Shown here piece after piece: positions 17,400 through 26,093 of a stretch of 32,433 nt of DNA. Each line of letters starts with the position of its first letter. The stretch's first letter is position 1. Source of the DNA: a virus (taxonomy: Duplodnaviria; Caudoviricetes). The notes under the pieces are model-generated. The model did no database searches and was not told where the DNA came from. It was given only the letters and a program-made list of their open reading frames with translations. The position numbers were made by a program, and so were the translations under genes. The stretch covers positions 1-32,433 of IMG/VR virus record IMGVR_UViG_3300017785_008744; one strand, given 5' to 3'.

Positions 17400-18418
17400 A
17401 CTTTACTCCATCTTGTAAGTTGTAATTTAGCCGTAAGGTCACTATAAGTGTTTTGTTTTATAATATGAATAATAAATTCAGAAGATAATCCAGACAACAC
17501 CATATCATTTACATCTTTGTGTTCAAGGTTGTCTGGCCATATACAAACATTATACCCGTTTAAAATTGCTTTGTCAAGTTTTTTCTTTGTTTCAGGCGAG
17601 CGAGGTTCATTGTCATATACAATAACAAGATTTTTCTTATCAATTTCTTTTAATGCAGAAATTATGTCACCACCAGCTGTTGCGATTGAATTAGGAACAA
17701 ACATTGAGTCTATCGGACCTTCAAAAACAAATGTGGTTCTCTCAAAATTAACGGTGTCTAATCCGAAAATTTTGGGATTGTTCTCATTAAGAATGATAGT
17801 GATATACTTAGGATTTGTATTTTTTAAAGATCTTCCTTGAAACGCAAATAAATTTTTATCTTTGTCAAAAAAGGGTATTAATATGCGTGTTTCATCATAT
17901 TTTAATATATTTTTATCAAATTTATTAGGAATTAATGTGTTAACATATGCCATAAAATTAGGAACAGCAAAAGTTTTTGCATGATATAAATTTGGAAGTT
18001 TGCGGTTATCAACAAACTTTTTAACAGGATGATCTGGTGAAAGTTGGCTAACTTTCTTCAAACCTTTCAGTGGTCCACTTTTCATGAACACTGGAGGTTT
18101 CATTTTCTCTATAAATTCTTCGTATTCTTTTTGTTCTGGAGATTTATTTTTTTGCAATTTTTCTAATTGCATTTCATTATAAAGATTAACGTCAATCATT
18201 TTTATGAAATTTGAAACAGAGGAAGATGCTCCACAATTATGACAATGGAATGACATCTTATTTTTTTTCTCGTAAATATAACCACGAGCTTTGTTGCTGT
18301 TGTTTTCTGAATCGCCACAAATAGGACAACGAAAATTGTAAAGTTTTGCACCTTTTCGTTTAAATTTGTCTAAACGACTCGAAACAAAACCAATGTATTT
18401 GTGCTCTAACCAATCCAT
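17396..18418 (-). CDS. DNA primase (T4 gp61-like)
   Basis: RCPICGDS...CHNC zinc finger; FQGR; EGPIDS; DNEPR; KDVNDM Toprim motifs. Confidence 0.95.
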   Translation of the reverse strand: MDWLEHKYIGFVSSRLDKFKRKGAKLYNFRCPICGDSENNSNKARGYIYEKKNKMSFHCHNCGASSSVSNFIKMIDVNLYNEMQLEKLQKNKSPEQKEYEEFIEKMKPPVFMKSGPLKGLKKVSQLSPDHPVKKFVDNRKLPNLYHAKTFAVPNFMAYVNTLIPNKFDKNILKYDETRILIPFFDKDKNLFAFQGRSLKNTNPKYITIILNENNPKIFGLDTVNFERTTFVFEGPIDSMFVPNSIATAGGDIISALKEIDKKNLVIVYDNEPRSPETKKKLDKAILNGYNVCIWPDNLEHKDVNDMVLSGLSSEFIIHIIKQNTYSDLTAKLQLTRWSKV

Positions 18419-18452
18419 ACTGAACTTTTACCTTTATCACAACGACAAGTCT

Positions 18453-18480
18453 ATTATACCGTTTTTTTAGTAAAAGTCAA
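18453..18480 (-). promoter_or_regulatory. Sigma70-type promoter for the primase-thyX-nrd operon
   Basis: TTGACT-16 nt-TATAAT. Confidence 0.7.
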
Positions 18481-18484
18481 ACAA

Positions 18485-18886
18485 TTAATTAAATATATTT
18501 AAAAATTCTTTTCCATTTGTTAAAAGAAATATAACAACAGAAAATCCACCCATGTAAATCCAAAGTATTCTTTGCATGTCATTTATTTTATCAGAAAGAG
18601 CATTATGTTGTTCTTTTTGCTCTGTTCTTATTATTTCTAATTCTTCTAAAATTTTGTTATCTTCTCTGTTCATAACATCATATACATTTTGAATTTTTTT
18701 TTCATATTCTGCTCTTCTAGATTCTACTGTTTCATTCAAATCGTATACTAATCTTTCATTTTGTGTAAGTCTTAGCTCTTGGACGGCAAGTACTTTATTT
18801 AAGTCAGCGGAAATTTCAGTTAGTTTTGTTATGACGGTTTCAATATTAGATATTCTTCTTTCATTGTATTCTTCAATATTCATCAC
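18485..18886 (-). CDS. Coiled-coil protein with C-terminal TM helix
   Basis: Heptad-rich sequence; ILWIYMGGFSVVIFLL. Confidence 0.7.
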   Translation of the reverse strand: MMNIEEYNERRISNIETVITKLTEISADLNKVLAVQELRLTQNERLVYDLNETVESRRAEYEKKIQNVYDVMNREDNKILEELEIIRTEQKEQHNALSDKINDMQRILWIYMGGFSVVIFLLTNGKEFLNIFN

Positions 18887-19167
18887 ATTTTTCCAATTGG
18901 TGTCATTGGGTCGAGAATATTTCTTAAAGGTTTTTTATTTTTAGAGTTTGGAAGTAAAGTTGAGCGATTAAGAAGAGTTGTATTTTTTTTTAAAACATTT
19001 GTATTATTTGTTTTTAAAACATTTTTGCCAACAAATACTGGTGGTTCTCCGTATGTGTCTGCTGGATTACCACCAGCATTATATGGACTACCATCTTTAT
19101 TGATGCCCATGCCTGCGATGCTACCACTACCAACAGACATCATCTCTTTTAAATTATCGTTTTGCAT
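18883..19167 (-). CDS. Small T4-like late protein (probable head-internal)
   Basis: LKE followed by G.G.IAG.G...EPP pattern. Confidence 0.55.
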   Translation of the reverse strand: MQNDNLKEMMSVGSGSIAGMGINKDGSPYNAGGNPADTYGEPPVFVGKNVLKTNNTNVLKKNTTLLNRSTLLPNSKNKKPLRNILDPMTPIGKM

Positions 19168-19559
19168 TAAATAATCCTTAACCTATCTATTATTGTTTTA
19201 TCCATATCAATAAGATTAGTATCTATAATATTCTCATCACCAACATTATATATTTTATCAGGAAAAACATTTAAAAGGACCAAAAATGGTTTTATGTATT
19301 TTATTTGGGGTTTCAATTTTAAATATAAAATTCTGCATAATGCTTCAGCACCAAAACAATTATTTAAAACAATAATATGGTTCAGTATCAATCTTTCTTT
19401 TAAATCACCGTGTTCAACATATCTAGTAATTAATTTTTTTATATATTTAATTCTATTTAAATCTTCAATAAATTCTTCTGTAGAAATGTATCCAGAATTA
19501 TCGTAATGTTTAGCACAAAATAACAAAAAGTTATGTTCAGTCAATAATATATTATTCAT
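19167..19559 (-). CDS. Conserved T4-like hypothetical protein
   Basis: EF.EDL.RIKYIKKL..RY...G.L.ERLILNH pattern. Confidence 0.75.
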   Translation of the reverse strand: MNNILLTEHNFLLFCAKHYDNSGYISTEEFIEDLNRIKYIKKLITRYVEHGDLKERLILNHIIVLNNCFGAEALCRILYLKLKPQIKYIKPFLVLLNVFPDKIYNVGDENIIDTNLIDMDKTIIDRLRII

Positions 19560-19569
19560 AAATTAAATT

Positions 19570-20085
19570 TTAATGATAAGAAACAAGATATTTAATTAAA
19601 ACATTTGATGTTGCTGCAGATTCTCTGTTGACAAATAAAGTGACAATTCCTGTAGAATTATTAATTGTTGGCGTAGGATTAAATTTTATCTTATTAGCGC
19701 CAATTTCTGCAAATAAAACATTACTGTTTACAGCAGTAGTGTTTGCTACACAAAAAATTTCACCAGTTGATATATCGCCAGTATTTGCATCTCTAGCATG
19801 GATTTTTATATTAACTGCATCATTAATTCCATTAGTGGATGAATCGAATGTAAAGAAAGAAACATTCGCTGTTCCATTTGATGTGATTGTTACGCTGTTA
19901 CTTGTTACAACCGAATTAGGTAAAACAACAGGTAACAGCGTAAGTAAAGCATTAGCAAAATTGTTGGTAGTAATAGTTCTAACACTAGGATCTGAGCTAG
20001 GGCTTCGTAGAATTAAAATTCTATCTGTGCTTGCTACATTAGTAGCAAGCGGAAGTTCGGATACTTTTTTACTATTATCTGCCAT
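19570..20085 (-). CDS. Putative virion structural protein
   Basis: KKVSELP.A N-terminus typical of fibre/accessory proteins; rich in N, T and S beta sequence. Confidence 0.6.
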   Translation of the reverse strand: MADNSKKVSELPLATNVASTDRILILRSPSSDPSVRTITTNNFANALLTLLPVVLPNSVVTSNSVTITSNGTANVSFFTFDSSTNGINDAVNIKIHARDANTGDISTGEIFCVANTTAVNSNVLFAEIGANKIKFNPTPTINNSTGIVTLFVNRESAATSNVLIKYLVSYH

Positions 20086-20107
20086 AATTTATACCGATCA
20101 GTTGTTA

Positions 20108-21088
20108 TTAAGCGTCAGGAAGAATTGTGTCGTCAGAAGCATCAGCTGTTGTGGCAGGTGTACCATATGGTGCAGATTGAGCACCAAGAGAACCCATTGC
20201 TACAAGAGTTTCATATTGAACTCGACCAGCACGATTACCAGATCCCTCAGTTCTTACAACCCAACCAGAGTGAGCAACACCTTTGAATGTGCCACCAACA
20301 GTAACGTAACCTGTAGCAGTATCGCCCCGAATAGTGTGGACTTCACCAGTAGCTGTTACACGAGCATCAATGATGTCGATATTAGCGCCATCAGAAGTAG
20401 TTGCCAACTTAACAGTTGTCGTATTGGCAAATGACACAAAGAAATTTGTATTACCAGTTAACGGAGAAATTGGAGTATTGCCCGTTGGAACTGCGTAAAA
20501 TACACGATCACCAACTTGGAATCTTGAGTTTGCAGATGCTACGATAAGTGTGTCAGCTGTATTGCTGAAACCAGTTGCAGAGTTATTTGCGATAATATTA
20601 ATAGCAGCTGGAGCAGCAATAGCTGTAGATAAGATAGTTGATTTGGTATAAGCAGAACCAGCAATGTTAATGTTTAAGCTAGTAATACGACCAGCATTGG
20701 TTGTTGAGTTAGCAGTTGAGTTAACAGCAGAAGCATTTGATGTACTGTCAGATAATGCTAGAGTGACAACAGCGTTGGCAGCATAGCCAGAACCGCCTGA
20801 TGTAACATATGTAAGAGCGATTGCTCCGTTGGTTACGTTAATTTCAGAGGTGTCAACACCGAATACACCAACAGCTATACCTGGAACAAACGAACTCATT
20901 GTTGTGTTGCCAAAAATAGCAACGTCAACATTTGCACGTGTACCCGCAGATGTATTGCCGAAGTGAGCGTTTGCTCCCCCGCCAGATTTAACTAAAGCGT
21001 AAACACCGATTGGTGCTCCGTTTGATGACTCAACAGTAGTTGTTGAGTTAGCTGTTACTGCTTTATCGTTTCTACCCCATAATGGCAT
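20108..21088 (-). CDS. Virion structural protein (T4-like MPLWG family)
   Basis: MPLWG N-terminus; AHSGWV.RT.GSG.RAGRVQYETLVAM C-terminus; GGAGGA SD; late promoter upstream. Confidence 0.75.
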   Translation of the reverse strand: MPLWGRNDKAVTANSTTTVESSNGAPIGVYALVKSGGGANAHFGNTSAGTRANVDVAIFGNTTMSSFVPGIAVGVFGVDTSEINVTNGAIALTYVTSGGSGYAANAVVTLALSDSTSNASAVNSTANSTTNAGRITSLNINIAGSAYTKSTILSTAIAAPAAINIIANNSATGFSNTADTLIVASANSRFQVGDRVFYAVPTGNTPISPLTGNTNFFVSFANTTTVKLATTSDGANIDIIDARVTATGEVHTIRGDTATGYVTVGGTFKGVAHSGWVVRTEGSGNRAGRVQYETLVAMGSLGAQSAPYGTPATTADASDDTILPDA

Positions 21089-21121
21089 TTTTTTATTCCT
21101 CCTAATAAATTACTTTAATTA

Positions 21122-21129
21122 TATTTATA
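21122..21129 (-). promoter_or_regulatory. T4-type late promoter
   Basis: TATAAATA, intergenic. Confidence 0.8.
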
Positions 21130-21132
21130 TGT

Positions 21133-21417
21133 TTAAGAATCTAAATCAAAAATATCTCTCATATATTGAGATTTAGTGTTAACTTTTGTAGTTAATTCTC
21201 CTTCTTTTTTTGAAAGATATTTTGGTAACTGTTTACTTACTGTAGGAGGATTTAAATTAACTTCAGTCAAATCTTTTTTTACAACCTGTTTAGGTTTAAA
21301 ATTAGGATCAAATTCTTTTTTAATATTTTCTTTTATATTTTTAAAAGAAAATTCGCTTTCTTTTTTTGGTGGTGGTTGCACAGCACCAACTTTAATATTG
21401 TTGGCGTTAATAGGCAT
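21133..21417 (-). CDS. Hypothetical Lys-rich protein
   Basis: In-operon ORF. Confidence 0.6.
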   Translation of the reverse strand: MPINANNIKVGAVQPPPKKESEFSFKNIKENIKKEFDPNFKPKQVVKKDLTEVNLNPPTVSKQLPKYLSKKEGELTTKVNTKSQYMRDIFDLDS

Positions 21418-21418
21418 A

Positions 21419-21940
21419 TCAATCGTCTTTCATCATTGTGCGTATTTTAGGCATTGTAATTTTTTCTTTTTCTTTTTCTTTAGGAACTTCACCACCTTGA
21501 GCAATACGTTTAAACATGTCTGAACTTTTATTAGCACTCATAAGAATAGAATCTTTTTCATCAGCTGTTCTGGCCATTGCATGTCTTTTCAAAAATGCAT
21601 TACCCATACCTTGTGTCATTTTAACAATTTCACCATTTTCAAATTTGTGTTTAATCTTAGTCATGCCATCAGCAGCTCTTTTTGCATTCATATGCAACTC
21701 ATTAGGCGTGCGTTTTTCTGGTGGATCTTTAGTTTCTTTTAACATGTCCGTAATTTCCTTTAAAATATTTAAATCTAGATCTTTTTCAGACAAACTACCT
21801 TTACCTTTGCCACCTTCAGCTTTATTTTTAGGTGTTGGGTTTGGAGCTTGGTCTTCAGGAGTTGGTGCAACTGGCATCCCTTCAATAATAGAAACAATAT
21901 GCGCTAATTCTATTTCAGAAAAGATTATTTCTTTTTTCAT
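21419..21940 (-). CDS. Hypothetical late protein (probable head-internal)
   Basis: Start at MKKEIIF; several (L/I)xE sites; low-complexity linker. Confidence 0.6.
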   Translation of the reverse strand: MKKEIIFSEIELAHIVSIIEGMPVAPTPEDQAPNPTPKNKAEGGKGKGSLSEKDLDLNILKEITDMLKETKDPPEKRTPNELHMNAKRAADGMTKIKHKFENGEIVKMTQGMGNAFLKRHAMARTADEKDSILMSANKSSDMFKRIAQGGEVPKEKEKEKITMPKIRTMMKDD

Positions 21941-21944
21941 AGTT

Positions 21945-23108
21945 TTACGTTTCTGAAAATTTATTTTTATTGGAAATAGAGGCAAAATAAGTTAGTTCAG
22001 CTTCAGAGAAACCAACTTCTTCACCAACAGTTATAGTGCCTATATGAGGACCAATTGATTGTTTTTTCTTTGGATCGTATGCATGAGAATTTGTTTCACC
22101 ATACTTATTTGTATGACTAATCACGCCATCTTTAGCGGTAACACGCCCAGGACCATAAGTGTTTTTCATTGCTTTTGTTGCTTTTGTAAGAAATACCAGT
22201 GGTATTTCTGCTTCATCAATCTGATCAACTTCTTCTTTCATAGCTTTACCAATTGCTTTGCGACGATTGTGTAGGTATTTGTCAGTCTTATCTTTATCAC
22301 CATCATTATCGATATCTTCAGTTTCTTTACCGACTGCATCAAGTTTCTTTTTAGCTGCTTCTTGGAAAAGATTTGGATGTTTTGAATTCATGATATCATT
22401 AAATGCAGCAAGCAAAGATTCATTTACCTTAGTTTGTTTGCTCATAGGAACGTATTTTTCACCTTTGACATTGGTTTGGTATTTTTTACCTTTGTATTCA
22501 AATTGACCAGTTGACTCACTACCTTGAGTTTTTGCTTTTTTTCGAGCAGCAGCAAAAGCATCTCCGAAACTCATATCATCATATTCTCCTTTTTTATCAG
22601 CTTTTGGAGCATCAGTTTTTGGAGCATCAGTTTTTGGAGCTTCAGGAGCTTTATCATCTACCTCATCTGCCGCAGCTGTTTGAGTATCTTCATTGTCACC
22701 AAATGCTTTGTACGCAGCATAACCACCTAGACCTACTAAACCAGCACCTGTTGCAATCTTACCTATTTTTGATGGTGGTTTTGGTTCCATTGGATCTGCA
22801 GGTTTTAATTTCGGTTCCATTGGATCTACATCAGCTGCACGTGAAGAAGGTGTTCCGCCCGCATCTCTGATAATTTTTTGAACCAAATCAAATTGACTTG
22901 TACCACTTGGTGGTGGTGATGCACCACCTTTAAAACGAAATTTTCCCAAAAAATTTCCTTCTAAAATATCAATTAAACTATTTTTAGTTTTTTGATCAAA
23001 GTAAGAAACTTGTTCAATAATTTGCTCTTCAGACATTTTTAATAAATCACCAGCAATTTTATTTAAACGAACTTCGTTAAGTAGTCCTATAAAATTTGTT
23101 TTTGTCAT
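21945..23108 (-). CDS. Modular late protein (probable head-internal polyprotein)
   Basis: Modules separated by LNE/ILE/VNE/IDE; Gly-rich hydrophobic helix; SFGDAFAAAR...FEYKGKKY module; DIDNDGD EF-hand-like loop; KTDAP and DPMEPK repeats. Confidence 0.7.
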   Translation of the reverse strand: MTKTNFIGLLNEVRLNKIAGDLLKMSEEQIIEQVSYFDQKTKNSLIDILEGNFLGKFRFKGGASPPPSGTSQFDLVQKIIRDAGGTPSSRAADVDPMEPKLKPADPMEPKPPSKIGKIATGAGLVGLGGYAAYKAFGDNEDTQTAAADEVDDKAPEAPKTDAPKTDAPKADKKGEYDDMSFGDAFAAARKKAKTQGSESTGQFEYKGKKYQTNVKGEKYVPMSKQTKVNESLLAAFNDIMNSKHPNLFQEAAKKKLDAVGKETEDIDNDGDKDKTDKYLHNRRKAIGKAMKEEVDQIDEAEIPLVFLTKATKAMKNTYGPGRVTAKDGVISHTNKYGETNSHAYDPKKKQSIGPHIGTITVGEEVGFSEAELTYFASISNKNKFSET

Positions 23109-23123
23109 TTTTTTTCTCTTTTT

Positions 23124-25208
23124 TTATTTGGTGGAATTTTTAATTTTTGATACAACAGGATTTACAAAATCTTTAATTTTTGATACAACAGGATTTACAA
23201 CATCATCTACCACCTGGTTACCCAAAATACCAGGTACCTTGTCCCAAACCTCTGATTTTGGTATTTTGTTTGTTTTACTAATTTCATCAACTTCGTGGCT
23301 TATGTTACCAAGTTGAGCGCCGCTAGCCAAATCACTTGCTACAGTTCCAACTTTTTCTATTGCTTTACCGGCTTTGCTTAACATTTTCACACCTTTAATT
23401 GCTGTTCCCACAAAAGGAACTGCACTTACAAGATTTAAAAAAGCATCTAAATTTTCGCCACGATCATAGGATCTTTTAGCACTATATAACGCAGGAATAG
23501 TTCCCCAACCTGGATATATAGAAGCAGCATCTAAAACAGTATCCACACCACTGTATGCGTCGTTTTTTACACCGAGAAAATCTGTTTGACCCTTTAACGC
23601 CTTATCTTGCGCTGGATCATCTCTTGGTGCATATTTGTCAGTAACTTTTTTTACTGGATCTAATCCACCTTCAGCACCTACAACACCACCTGCACCAATG
23701 CCGAGAATTTTCGGCGCTGCAGCGGTTACAGCGTTGGAAATTCTACCAGCTATACCTATTCTCTCATTAATGTTAGTATTTTTTAATTCAGGATTTATTT
23801 TAACTGAATAATTTTTTATAGAATCTTTTATTATTTTTTTGTTTATACGATTTTCTTCTACAATTTTTTGTTTAATTTCTTGATTCCTAGTCATAGTTTT
23901 TTCTCTTTTAGAGTTTGGTCTAGGAACATTAACTATTTCTTTTCTAGCTTCAGAAGCATCTTTTGTTTCTTCAACTGTTATATCTTGACCAGCATATATT
24001 TTATTTGGATCTGTAATTTGTTTATTTTTACGCATTAATTGATCAACAGTGGTGCCTTGTTTTTTTGCTATAGAAGTTAAAGTATCACCCTTTTCAATCT
24101 TAATTTTTGTATTCATACCTGTTTTAGGTGCCATGTTGTTGTCAGTGCCAACTCTCGGTGATTGTGCTCTCGGTGTCATATTTGATGGAGGTGGATTACC
24201 ATCACTTGGTGCAGCACTTGACCCCATTTGTGGTTTGTTACCTGGACTCATAATACCAGATCCAGAAATACTTGACACCATTGGTGGTCTGTTACCTGGA
24301 CTCATAATTCCAGAGCCAGACATACTTGAAGCTGGTGGTTTAGGATTAGCTAATTTCAATGGGTCTAATCCCTGAGCGTCGGATTTAGGTTTAAAAAGGT
24401 CAACGATTTTATCTACAGTATATGGTTTTTCTGAATTTACAATTGGAGTGTTAACTACTCTTTTTACATCATTGGATCTGTCATTTAAATCTCGCTGATC
24501 TGGTTTTACTGTATTTGCAACTGGAGCTGGAGTGTTAACTACTCTTTTTACATCATTGGATCTGTCATTTAAATCTCGCTGATCTGGTTTTACTGTATTT
24601 GCAACTGGAGTGTTAGCTGATTTTACTACAGTAGCTGGAGTTACAGCCCTTTCTCCCGAATATCTTTCTTTTAAAGATATTTCTAATAATTTATTTTTCA
24701 TTTCTTCAAAAACTCTACGATCATTAGCCATGTGCACATGACTTGGTACATTGAACGTTCCAATATTCCCAACGCCAATCGACTGTCCTGGAGTTAATCC
24801 GCCTAAACCCATAAGAAAACCAGGTGCTTGAACTTTAGTATTAGGAGTATTAGGTGCTTTAAATTTAGTATTAGGAGCATTTTTAAATTTAGTGTCAATA
24901 TCAGTTTTAAGTTTAGTGTCAATATCAGTTTTAAGTTGAGTGTCAATATCAGTTTTAATAGTAGGATTATCTACTTTTATATTTGGAGTTTCTGGCTTAA
25001 CCTCTGGCTTAACCTCTGGTTCAATTTCTGGCTTAACCTCTGGTTCAATTTCTGGCTTAACCTCTGGCTTAACCTCTGGTTCAATTTCTGGCTTAACCTC
25101 TGGTTCAGGCTTTGGACGAATTGGAATTTCTGGAATTTTTGGGAATTTTATTTTAAATTCCAATAGTTGTCTAATTGCATGTTCTGGACTAATATATTTT
25201 TCTGACAT
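23124..25208 (-). CDS. Large repetitive LysM-domain late protein
   Basis: LysM (IEKGDTLTSIAKKQGTTVDQL...N..I.DPNKIYAGQ.I) at ~23973-24104; PEVK/PEIE repeats; hydrophobic C-terminal hairpins. Confidence 0.8.
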   Translation of the reverse strand: MSEKYISPEHAIRQLLEFKIKFPKIPEIPIRPKPEPEVKPEIEPEVKPEVKPEIEPEVKPEIEPEVKPEVKPETPNIKVDNPTIKTDIDTQLKTDIDTKLKTDIDTKFKNAPNTKFKAPNTPNTKVQAPGFLMGLGGLTPGQSIGVGNIGTFNVPSHVHMANDRRVFEEMKNKLLEISLKERYSGERAVTPATVVKSANTPVANTVKPDQRDLNDRSNDVKRVVNTPAPVANTVKPDQRDLNDRSNDVKRVVNTPIVNSEKPYTVDKIVDLFKPKSDAQGLDPLKLANPKPPASSMSGSGIMSPGNRPPMVSSISGSGIMSPGNKPQMGSSAAPSDGNPPPSNMTPRAQSPRVGTDNNMAPKTGMNTKIKIEKGDTLTSIAKKQGTTVDQLMRKNKQITDPNKIYAGQDITVEETKDASEARKEIVNVPRPNSKREKTMTRNQEIKQKIVEENRINKKIIKDSIKNYSVKINPELKNTNINERIGIAGRISNAVTAAAPKILGIGAGGVVGAEGGLDPVKKVTDKYAPRDDPAQDKALKGQTDFLGVKNDAYSGVDTVLDAASIYPGWGTIPALYSAKRSYDRGENLDAFLNLVSAVPFVGTAIKGVKMLSKAGKAIEKVGTVASDLASGAQLGNISHEVDEISKTNKIPKSEVWDKVPGILGNQVVDDVVNPVVSKIKDFVNPVVSKIKNSTK
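24444..24610. repeat. Two identical 83-bp direct repeats (84-bp period, in frame)
   Basis: 24444-24526 equals 24528-24610. Confidence 0.9.
24890..25110. repeat. Coding tandem repeats: 24-bp (KTDIDT) x3 and a 12-bp unit array (PEVK/PEIE)
   Basis: GTGTCAATATCAGTTTTAA x3; interspersed TCTGGCTTAACC and TCTGGTTCAATT units. Confidence 0.9.
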
Positions 25209-25209
25209 T

Positions 25210-25680
25210 TTATCTACCTTTTGAAATAGCTCTTAGCATCCAGCCATGTTTTTCATGAATATCAATGCGTTCTTCTAAGAAATTAACAATACCTATTTTT
25301 TTTGCAACCTCAGCCAATTTATGTGCATCTTCTAATGTTTCAATAACTTTTTTATTATCTTCTTCTAATTTACGAGCCATATTAATAGCTGTTGGAATAT
25401 TAACTTCATCTTTTACCTCTGATAATTGATAAAATCTACCAAAAGATCCTGGAGCATAAACGTCAAGTGTACGGATATGTTCTGCAATTTGATCTGTAGC
25501 AGCCCAAACTTCATTGTATATTGTAGCAAAAAATGTATGATAATCATTGAAGTTTTCACCTTCAACGTTCCAATGATAATTGTGTGCTTTTAAATAGAAA
25601 CCAAATGAAGAAGCAAGAACTACCTTCAACGAATCTGCTAGTGTGTTATTTTTTTCTTCAGCCATATTATTTTCCGCCAC
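25210..25680 (-). CDS. dps: Dps (DNA-protecting mini-ferritin)
   Basis: KAHNYHWNVEG..F...H..F...Y......D.IAE.IR; HEKHGWML. Confidence 0.93.
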   Translation of the reverse strand: MAENNMAEEKNNTLADSLKVVLASSFGFYLKAHNYHWNVEGENFNDYHTFFATIYNEVWAATDQIAEHIRTLDVYAPGSFGRFYQLSEVKDEVNIPTAINMARKLEEDNKKVIETLEDAHKLAEVAKKIGIVNFLEERIDIHEKHGWMLRAISKGR

Positions 25681-26092
25681 CTAGTATGTTTGACATTGTT
25701 CTGACATGCTGTCTATCTTTTTCTTTTTCGTCCTCAGGCAATTCGTGATAAGGAACGTGCTGCGCAGCATTATAATCAGCTTTAGGGTTTCTCTTCATCC
25801 ACTCATTATGAATGTGTTCAGCAGCATCTTCAATATTGCCTTTATGTTTACGAATAGCCACTAATGCAGCTTTACCAGCCGCAACATTTTCCTTTTGCCA
25901 ATCAGGATGTAGTTTGTTAAAAGGAACATTAATATTACCTTCAGTTCCATCGCTGTTCTTTTTTACTCTTTTTTTTCCAGTATTTCCAGGATCAAAAGAA
26001 TTTCTCCAATTGTCATGCTGTATTGATGCAAACTGCATAACAGCATCATGTCCTTTACCTTCAGCGATAATGTATTGCTTAAAGCTTTTCAT
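25667..26092 (-). CDS. Tandem RyR-repeat-domain protein with CTS-like N-terminus
   Basis: Two copies of A...H..W...VP(F/Y)..L....(Q/K)..(N/D); starts MKSFKQYIIAE. Confidence 0.7.
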   Translation of the reverse strand: MKSFKQYIIAEGKGHDAVMQFASIQHDNWRNSFDPGNTGKKRVKKNSDGTEGNINVPFNKLHPDWQKENVAAGKAALVAIRKHKGNIEDAAEHIHNEWMKRNPKADYNAAQHVPYHELPEDEKEKDRQHVRTMSNILGGGK

Positions 26093-26093
26093 A

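Noticed and set aside
19628-20434. 268-aa plus-strand ORF
   Set aside because: Antisense shadow of two well-supported minus-strand structural genes; no SD or recognisable motif
24444-25110. Repeats considered as a CRISPR array
   Set aside because: No unique spacers; periods are multiples of 3 within an ORF; the exonuclease at 1179 is the usual phoH-linked enzyme and there is no cas operon
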